A stretch of DNA of 64,000 nt. Source: Rhina ancylostomus (Eukaryota). The position numbers and the translations under genes are program-made. The notes under the pieces are model-generated. The model made no database searches, was not told where the DNA came from, and worked only from the letters and a program-made list of their open reading frames with translations. Location of the stretch: assembly GCA_030265395.1 (NCBI GenBank), contig JARFYF010000112.1:75960747-76024746 (forward strand), written 5' to 3'. Shown in pieces: positions 1-9,039 of this stretch (positions within the stretch are counted from its first letter, which is position 1; every line of letters starts with the position of its first letter).

Positions 1-950
1 CCCCCCCGCGGAGGACACAGCCTGGTGGGGCATCAGTGTTGAAAATAAGTGTGTGGGAGGTGTTGCTGCCTATCCTCACTGGTTGTGGTCTGTTGGTCAG
101 AATGTCAAGGATCCAGTAGCAGAGGGAGGTGTTGAGTTCAGGTCTCAGAGTTTGGTAGTGAGTTTGTTTGGAATTATAGTACAGGAAGTCCCTGGGTTAC
201 GACTGCCTGACTTACGAACCAACCTCCATAAAGCCTATTATTTTTAAAAATCGAGTTAAACACAATGGTTCGTACTAACGAACGGGCAGACTACTTTGCA
301 CGACGCTAAAAACACTGCACGTTTTTATAAATACTGTACTGTAGTTACATTTATTATTATTGCTGCATTATTATATTGTGATGTTTTAGGTAAAATATAT
401 ACTAAGACAAACATTTGACTAATTGACACTAGATGTGAACTGTACATAACTGTTCTGACTTGCACACAAATTCTTATGAACAGACTCAAAAATGGAATTT
501 GTTCATAATCTGGGGACTTGCTGTATTGAAGGCAAAGCTGTAGTCAATAAACACTAGTCTAACGTAGGTGTCTTTACTGTCCTGATGGGAGGTGGTGTTC
601 ATTGTAGATCTGTTTTGCTGGTAGTCAAATTGCAGTAGGTTGAGGTTTTCCGGGAGGCTGGAGTTAATGTGTGCCGAAGCACTTCATGATGGTGGATGTC
701 AGAGCCACCAGTCAGTAGTCAATAAGGTATGTTACCTTGTTTTTATTAGGTACTGGGATGATAGTGGTCTCCTTAAAACAGATGGGAACCTCTGATTGAA
801 GCAGGGAAAGATTAAATATGTCTACTAATACATCCGCTAGCTGATCAGCACAATATCTGAGAACACGACCAGGGACACCATCCGGGCCAGATGTTTTCTG
901 CAGGTTCGCTCTCAGGAAGACTGGTCCTGCGTCCTCACTGGTGACCATGC
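1..950 (-). mobile_element. Rex1/Babar-type LINE reverse transcriptase fragment, split by a MITE
   Basis: Minus-strand GPDGVPGRVLRYCADQLADVLVDIFNLSLLQSEVPICFKETTIIPVP. The motif FIDYSFAFNTIIP is restored when 182-525 is removed. Confidence 0.85.
182..523. mobile_element. Non-autonomous Tc1/mariner (Tigger/pogo-like) MITE
   Basis: Imperfect TIRs CAGGAAGTCCCTGGGTTACGA ... TCATAATCTGGGGACTTGCTG, with TA target duplication at 180-181 and 524-525. Confidence 0.8.
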
Positions 951-1427
951 TTCAGGTGCACTGTAGGCTGTCAGGGTGGGTGATGACAAACCAATCCCCT
1001 TTTCAAATGTGTTATTTGTTTTAATTGGAAACAAGTTAACATTTAATCCATTTTCTTTCTTGCCCATTATGATGGATGGCTAACCAAATTTTAAATTTTC
1101 CATAGTGCCCAAAGATCATTCTGTAATTTTGTGTACCAGATAGATCCTGCATCCCCTTGATTTGGTAAAGATACTGTCCCAGTTTAGACATCTGCAGCTC
1201 TTCACCAGGGACTGAACACCTTTGTTTTGATAGTGAGGTTTCTCTATGCAATCTGGTATTGTAGGTTTGATGTTACCACAGTCCTGCCTGTTGGCATGCC
1301 TTGATTTTAGTGATAGACTTTGAGCGATCTGGTGTTGGAACGAAAATTTTGCATCCAGAATTGCAGGAAAGTTGAAAGTGGATGGGGGAGTGGATGATGA
1401 CAAAAGTAGTCAGAATATATTTTGGCA

Positions 1428-1710
1428 GGCACGGTCGTGTAGCAGTTAGTGTAATACTTTTACCGCACCAGTGACCCAGGTTCAATTCCAATCACTGTCT
1501 GTATGTTCTCCCTGTGTCTGTGTAGGTTTCATTTTGGGTGCTCCGGTTTCTTCCCACATTCCAAAGACGTATGGGTTAGGAAGTTGTGGGCATGCTATGT
1601 TGATACCGTAAGCATGAAGACACTTGTGGGCTGCCCCCAGAACACTCTATGCAAAAGATGCATTTCACTGTGTTTTGATGTACATGTGACTAATAAAGTT
1701 ATCTTGTCTT
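1428..1710 (+). mobile_element. tRNA-derived V-SINE (HE1-like)
   Basis: A-box-like TAGCAGTTAG, B box GGTTCAATTCC, V-domain GGGTGCTCCGGTTTCTTCCCAC, 3' tail TAATAAAGTTATCTT. Similar copies at 3835 and 33080. Confidence 0.85.
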
Positions 1711-1789
1711 AAATGTGTCTTAAGTTTTAAGAAGTAATTCTCCAAAATCAATCAAATGAAGATCTCTGGAAAATACTTGGAGACACGAG

Positions 1790-1970
1790 ACTGCAGATGC
1801 TGGAAATCTGGAGTAATGCACAAAAAGCTGGAGGGACTCAGTGGATCAGGCAGCATCTGTGGAGGGAAATGGACATTGGAGGGTCTTGACCTGAAATATT
1901 GACTGTCCATTTCCCTCCACGGATGCTGCCTGACCTGCTGAGTTCTTCCAGGTTTTAGTGTGTTGCTCTG
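1790..1970. mobile_element. Penelope-related palindromic short repeat
   Basis: Inverted arms TCAGGCAGCATCTGTGGAGGGAAATGGACA / TGTCCATTTCCCTCCACGGATGCTGCCTGA around a central GGGTCTTGACCTGAAA. Confidence 0.75.
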
Positions 1971-3364
1971 GAAAGTATTTGCAATTTTTTTTAGCCTGAT
2001 GTTAAAGGTTTCTGAAAAAAAATATAGTAGTTCTAATACACACTGTTCTCATGATCAGAAACCATCAGGCTCCACTCATTTTATACTTTCACCTCCCTTT
2101 GCACTCTGTTCCCTCTTCTACAACTCCTGCAGAGTGAGTAGTTTTTGATGAAAAGCAGCTGTCTGGATATGGAGTAGGTCTTGTTGGAGAAAGTGGCACC
2201 ACAAGTGACTTTGAGAAGACATTGGTCTTGGCTTTGCCACCTTGTCAGTCACAAGTAGGAACACTTGTGGCAAAAGCAACATCTGGCACAAACTGCCAAG
2301 TTGGCTTTCCTCAGAATCGGAAGCTGGTGCTTATCTTTAAGCTGAAAATTCATTAGTCAATTGACAGCTGAGCTGACACTGAGTTGAATCAGTGGCAAAA
2401 ACAAATGTTAAATTTTAAGAATGCCTTGAATGCAAGAATCCAGTCAAACCAATAATAAACAAAATGCTTGAGATATAAAAACAAACCAATGGTGAAGGTT
2501 GGTCATTATTAAATTTCTAGGCAAAGAAAATGTATTGAAATTTTAAAATGCTCTTCACTATTTCATTTTTATAAGGAGTGGGTGTACCTCATAAGTGGCC
2601 TGTGTTGCTGTCAAGTTAGCCATTGAAAACATGCTTGTAGCCTGTACTTGCCCATTTTAACAATGACTTTTGTAAGATTTCCTTTCTCAGTTTACTCTAC
2701 TGACACTCTTACAATGTTTCTTGCCAGGTTCATTACGGATAGATCTATCTGGTGGCCATTGTAAAGAAGGCATGCATCTTGTTCTGCATCTGTTGGCTGC
2801 TCGGGAGGGTGGGATGGTGGGCACCTGAAGTGACCGGGGAATGTGATATTTGGCACTTATATCACTGGTATAGGGTGTAGGCAGTGGACCATCTTTATGC
2901 ATCACTGGCACTTTACCACAGGAAGGCCACTGTTGTTAAATTTGAAAAGTGTGAAAGTAGATCCCTGCTCCGTTTTTGGAATGGTACTACCTCAGAATCA
3001 TACAGTCCCTAACCAATGATTGTAGTTTTTGCTTTGACTACTTTCTGCTAGTCTTAAAGATTGTTGCTGTGTAACTCAATTTGGGAAGGAAAAAGGTGAA
3101 ATCTCATTCCCAGTTCTGATATCCTGGACTGGAAATGTATTATTTTCTTTTTCATATCTGTTGCCTCATGTGAGTATTTATAAGCATCTTCTGTTGTTAT
3201 TTCACATTTCCAGCATCTACATTTCTTTTTATTTTAATTTTTTTATTAAATAAGATGCTCTGATTCCAAGGTTTTTTTCCCCTCATTTATGTTGTTAAAA
3301 TAACCACCTGCAGTGATGTGAAAAAACTTCAAAATAAGTTTAGGTCCTGGTTTTTGTTGGTGGG

Positions 3365-3575
3365 AGGTTTTTCACTCGGAGGGTGGTTGGTGCATGGAAT
3401 GTGCCATCTGGGGTAGTGGAGGAGGCAGGTATGTTGGTTGAGTTGAAGAGATTGTTAGATAAGCATATAGAGGAATTTAAAATAGGGGGATATGTGGGAG
3501 GAAGGGGTTAGATAGTCTTGGGTGTCGTTTAAAGGTCAGCACAACATGGTGGGCCGAAGGGCCTGTATTGTTCTA
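3365..3575 (+). mobile_element. CR1 LINE 3' end fragment
   Basis: TTTTTCACTCGGAGGGTGGTTGGTGCATGGAAT (FTxRVVxxWN) and tail GGGCCGAAGGGCCTGT. Confidence 0.8.
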
Positions 3576-3834
3576 TGGAAGATATTCTGTAAATTTTGTA
3601 AATTTTCTGATGATAGTTATAATGGTTATTTTCGTGTCTGTAGGCCTATAAATGTAGGGAAGTTCACTTTTTTTAGATTTGTAATATTTTTCCTGTTAGT
3701 TACTTCAGCCCTTCCTCTGCTGTGTTTACTTTTATATAATGTCTGTTAATTTATATTTAAAAATTGTGGATCTTCTGCTTTATTGTTTAAAGGTTTTTTC
3801 AGTTTGCTATAGCATTTGTTGCTTGTAGCATATT

Positions 3835-4120
3835 AAGATACCTTTATTAGTCACATGTACATCGAAACACACAGTGAAATACATCTTTTTGCGTAGAGTG
3901 TTCTGGTGGCAGCCTGCAAGTGTCGCCACGTTTCCGGCGCCAACATAGCATGCCCACAACTTCCTAACCCGTACGTCTTTTGGAATGTGGGAAGAAGCTG
4001 GAGCACCCGGTGGAAACCCACGCAGACATGGGGAGAATGTACAAACTCCTTACAGACAGTGGCTGGATTTGAACCCGGGTTGCAGGTGCTGTAAAGCATT
4101 ACACTAACCGCTACACTACT
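3835..4120 (-). mobile_element. tRNA-derived V-SINE, near full length
   Basis: Reverse complement of the 1428-1710 family, with tRNA head and V domain. Confidence 0.88.
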
Positions 4121-4799
4121 GAATAATCAATAATCTCTACTGGTTTGATTTTTTTAAAACACATGATCTCAAAATTCAGTTTGATTCATTTATACCATTT
4201 GAAAAAGGGGGGCACTGAATTGCAACAAACATTACATCTTGAAATAGAGAATTTGTTACCATAATAAATTGTTAATGCCCTTGACAGTTGACATTAGCAT
4301 TTTCATTTCATTGCCTTATCAGCTAAATGTTAGTCCTTTGAGTTTTAGGAAGACCTTTAATACGTGTTTATTTACAGAAGAAAAGGACCCCTGATGATTT
4401 ATTAGATGTCCATTTCCTGATATGGTTCTAAAGCTGATCATCTTGGTTCATTCTGTGCTGTCACCATGGCAGCTATTGGGATCTGCAGCTGGCCACAATC
4501 CTCTGGGACCAAGGCTCTTCTTATTCACACAATCTTCTTCAAATAGATATCCCAGCTAAATCCTGCATACCATTTCCACTCTCATAGCTCCCCACTCCTG
4601 TTTTTGAAAGCAATTTTTTTCTATCATAACTTAACAACTCTTCGATTTTTCTTTTCTCAAACCACAACTTTGGAGCCCTTTTTCTCTTCACCCCCTTTAA
4701 AATGGCAGTATTTCTGCTTGTGTTTAATTCCCCTACTTCAATCTCCCTTGTGAAATGCTGTGATTAGCTTCTGTGCAATTCTGATGGCATTCTGCATTT

Positions 4800-5055
4800 A
4801 GCTGAGGCCTTGTCTGTTCTTGGAGGTGAACGTAAAAGATTCTAAGGCACTATTTTGAAGTTGAATGAGAATATTATGGTGTCCTGGCTGATATCTATTG
4901 CTCAATCAACATCAGTAAAACAGATAATCAGTTCATTGTCATGTTGTTTATGGGAACTTGCTATGACCAATTGTTTGCTGTCTTTCTGACATTTTACCAG
5001 TGACTACATTTCAGTGTAAAAGTACTTTTGCAACATCCTGTGTTCTGTGACAGTT
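4800..5055 (+). mobile_element. DeuSINE (SacSINE/AmnSINE-type Deu domain) relic
   Basis: GTAAAAGATTCTAAGGCACTATTTTGAAG..GGTGTCCTGGCTGATATCTAT..CAACATCAGTAAAACAGAT..CAGTGACTACA follows the Deu-domain consensus. Confidence 0.75.
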
Positions 5056-5539
5056 AATGTTATTCCTATAATTAGACAGGGAAAGGGAACACATCAGTTA
5101 TAGTTACCACTCATGATACTACACATGTGATGTTGTCAGCCCCTTTTTTCCCTACCCAGCCTCTGCTTGCACTTAATGGTTAGCTGCTTTATATGGTCTT
5201 CTTTTAGCAGTGGATCTGTATCCTGGGGTGGGGGTGGGGGGATGAGGAGTCAACAAAACTTAAAAAAAATCAACTTTGTGCTCAGTCATTATTTAATGAT
5301 GCAATCATTTGTATTATTTATGAGCTGCCTGTAGTCCAGGTCCTGAATTGTAGCATGATTGCACTTGCTACCAAAGGTTCGGAATTCAGAAACATTAAAA
5401 TTTGTCATGGATCAGATTCTTCAGTAATTGTTCTTTAGTAATGTCCCACCATTTCCACTTTCAAAATAATGTACATCTATTGTTAATTATTGGTTTTACA
5501 GCAACATTTAGTATAGGTTTATGCAATATGAACATTTAG

Positions 5540-7285
5540 AGTCAAAGGGTTGTACAGCACAGAAACAGGCCCTTTGCCCCACTCGTCCATGCCAACCAAG
5601 GTGCCTTCCTGAGCTACTCCCATTTGCCTGCATTTGGTTCATATCCCTCTAAACCTTTCCACGTAACTGTCTAAATGTCTTTTAAGCATTGTAATTGTAC
5701 TTGCCTCTACCACATCCTCTGCCAGCTTGTTCCATATACTCACCACCCTCTGTATAGGAAAAGCTTGCCCCTCAGGTCCTCTTTAAATCTTTCCCCTTTT
5801 CACTTTAAACCTATGCCCTGGGAAAAATACCATGACCATCCACCTTATCTATTCCCTTCATGATCTATCCAACTCATCATCGAGATTCAAGATCTGGGCC
5901 TTTGTACCTCCCTCTGCAACTGGATACTCGACTTCCCCATCAGCAGTCCTCGGTCAGTGAGGATTGGTAACAACATCTCCTCCTTGCTAATAATCAGCAC
6001 AGGTGCACCTCAAAGCTGCGTGTTAAGCCCCCCGTTCTACTCTCTATACACACAGGACTGTGTGGCTAAGCACAGCTCCAATGCCATCTTCAAATTCACC
6101 AATCACACTACTGTTGTTGGCCGAATCACGGGTAGTGATGAGTCAGCTTACTAGAGCGAGATAGGACACCTAGTTGAGTGATGCTGCAACAACAACCTGT
6201 GGCTCAACATCAGCAAAACTAACGAGCTGATTGACTTCAGAAAGGAGGAGGAGGATGAACATGTGCGAGTCTACATTGGGTGGTGAGAATTGGGAGTGGA
6301 GTCAGCAGCTTTAAATTCCTGGGTGTTAACATATTGGATGACCTGTCCTGGGCTCAGCACATAGATGCAACCGTAAGGAAAGTGCGCCAGCATCTTGATT
6401 TTCTTAGGAGGTTTTGCTTGTCACTGAACACTCTAACAAACTTCTACAGATATACTGTTGAAAGTATCCTGACTGCTTGCATCATGGTCTGGTATGGCAA
6501 TTTGAATGCACAAGAACGTAGGAAGCTGCAAAAAGTAGTGGACTCTATCTACTACGTGACAGGTAGATCCCTCCCCACCATCGGTAGTATCTAAAGGAAG
6601 TGCTGCCTCAAGAATCAACATCTGCCGTCAAAGATCCCCACCATCCAGGCNNNNNNNNNNNNNNNNNNNNNNNNNNNNNNNNNNNNNNNNNNNNNNNNNN
6701 NNNNNNNNNNNNNNNNNNNNNNNNNNNNNNNNNNNNNNNNNNNNNNNNNNNNNNNNNNNNNNNNNNNNNNNNNNNNNNNNNNNNNNNNNNNNNNNNNNNN
6801 NNNNNNNNNNNNNNNNNNNNNNNNNNNNNNNNNNNNNNNNNNNNNNNNNNNNNNNNNNNNNNNNNNNNNNNNNNNNNNNNNNNAATTTATGTTTTTCTTG
6901 TGATTGCTGCTTATATGATGCTATGTGCCTGTGATGCTGCTGTTTTTTCATTGCACCTGTGCATACATGTACTTGTGCTTATGACAATAAACTCGACTTG
7001 ACTTTGATTTTATAAACCTCTAAGGTCACTCCTCACCTCCTTCGCTCCAAGGAAAACAGCCCCAGCCAATCCTGTCTGTCCTTGTAACTCAAGCCAAGTC
7101 CTGGCAACATCCCATAGTATGGCAACCAGAACTGCTCACAATATTCGAGCTGTGGTCTCACCAATGTCCTATACAGCTGTAACATGATGTCCCAGTTTTT
7201 GTTCTCCGTGCCCCATCCAATGAAGGCAAGTATGCCATATGCCTTCCTCACCACCTTGTCTACCTGTGTTGCCACTTTCTGGGAA
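5540..7285 (-). mobile_element. CR1 LINE 3' fragment interrupted by a Rex1 insertion
   Basis: Minus-strand QVDKVVRKAYGILAFI..LYRTLVRPQLEYCEQFW (7033-7285) and CR1 tail at 5540-5864. The halves join at CATGAT|TTTATAAACCTC. Confidence 0.85.
5865..7004 (+). mobile_element. 5'-truncated Rex1/Babar LINE
   Basis: [49 protein letters not shown], ending AATAAACTC(GACTT)2. TGAT is present on both flanks. Confidence 0.85.
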
Positions 7286-8179
7286 TTTATGAGAGTCAAA
7301 TGAGTAGTGTGACTATCTTCTAACAGACAACATTCCAAATTGTGTTTTATTTGTTAAATTTTTAAGTGACATTGTATGCAAGGAGTCTAGAGGCACAAGT
7401 TTCAGTTGAAGAAGGCTGAGACTGCAATAGTTGGATCAGGGCATGCAGGTATTCTATTTTTTATTTTAAAGGCATACATTTAGTTTACTACATTTCCATT
7501 ATCAATTTCTATGTCATGTTTATTAGAAACTTATTTTAGAAATTTGATATGTACTGGGTAATATAGTATTTATAATTTCCAGGTATCACTGGAGCAAATA
7601 GGTAACTGCAGTATATCCTTCCCCCCCCCCCCAAACACATAGAGACATACTGAAATAGACACACCCATACACCCTTTGTCCCTGTGGAAGTATTGGAGTG
7701 TTGTATTAATTCTACTACTCTGCCAGTTAGAGAGGAACAATATTCTCACCTGTCTCACAGATCATTCTCTCAGTTGTTACATTATGCTGGCTTTTTGAAT
7801 TGATGAGAGTGAGGTGGGGGTGTTGGGGCGTTGGGGCATGGGTGATGGGAGGAGTGGAAATGGGCTGCTTTTTTGTTCTGAGGATATGGGCTTGGTGCAG
7901 AGTAATGCTGAAAAAATAATCCAAGTTAATAATGGTTGTTATTGGGTTGTAAAATTCCAACTTGAAGCAAAGAGAAGGAGTGAGTTTGATTTAAAAACAA
8001 CACACTGGATGATTTTGTGCCATTTTGCTGCTAGCCATGCCAAAACCCAGCCAGTTGCATCTTACTGTGTGTCTCCACACTGAAATTCATTGCATTACAT
8101 GAATTTGCTGGATTGGTATGGATTGGTGTGAATTAATCTTGTGGCAATTATTTAGGCCTGGCAATTCATCTCCTAAGCA

Positions 8180-8275
8180 CTGATGAAGTGTCTTGACCTG
8201 AAACATCGACTGTTTATTTCCCTCCATAGATGATGCCTGTCCTGCTGAGTTCTTCCAGCATTTTGTGTGTGTAGT
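8180..8275 (+). mobile_element. Penelope-related short repeat with hammerhead-like core
   Basis: CTGATGA-AGTGTCTTGACCT-GAAAC-ATC-GACTG followed by the family arm CCCTCCATAGATGATGCCTGTCCTGCTGAGTTCTTCCAGCA. Confidence 0.75.
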
Positions 8276-8905
8276 GTTGCAAATTACTTATAATGTTGTT
8301 GGTTTCTGTTATTTGTTGAAAATTAATGTATCAGAAACCAAGTCAAATTTGAATTGTAAAGTTTCAGGAGACAGTAAAGTTGAGACTTTAGGGATTTGGG
8401 TGGGATGGGTTGGGCAGAATATGTCAATGTTCCTGATTCTGTCTGGTGAGTTATGTTACAAGGTATGCTTGCTTGAACATAGAGATCGTACTCAATTATA
8501 AAGAATCCTTAGTTGAACAGCACTTTAATATTTAATGTCAAGGCATAATTAACAGTTCCTTGGGTGAGATGATGGAATATAATAGCTGGAAACTATCAGG
8601 GGAAAAGAAAAGAAATTTGGCATAGGTAGGAAAAAGTAAATTGCATCTTCTGGAAGAAATTTTTGTTTTGCCTAACATGTTTAATTGTCATTGTCTTTCT
8701 ATTGTGCTTTCCATTGATTGGAGATCTATTAAATTATATTTATAAATCCCAAGGAAGAGAATCACAGCTTGAGGACATTTCTTGTTTAATAATTTGACCA
8801 TACTCTGAAGTTGCCCATAGAAGTTAAATTATGGTTACAGTCTCTGACTAATGGCTAGACAGACAATGACATAAAATCAGAAAGTTTTGCTGCCTTTGTG
8901 TAGAA

Positions 8906-8933
8906 GCTAATTTTCTCTTTTTCTTTCCTGTAG
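8906..8933 (+). promoter_or_regulatory. 3' splice acceptor of the AMER1 coding exon
   Basis: Branch-like GCTAAT, long polypyrimidine tract TTTTCTCTTTTTCTTTCCTG, then TAG|G (AG 8932-8933), 106 nt upstream of the ATG. Fits the known AMER1 structure of a non-coding first exon plus one coding exon. Confidence 0.85.
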
Positions 8934-9039
8934 GATGATGGTGGTAGAGCAGGTATACAGACTTTGTGGAGTTGATGTGGATTGTTGTGCAACTGATCTA
9001 ATTCACAGCTGATTGCACCTGTGTGTAGACACAGTTGCC

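Noticed and set aside
1428-1500. tRNA gene
   Set aside because: The A/B boxes continue into a V-SINE body; this is a SINE head with no complete cloverleaf.
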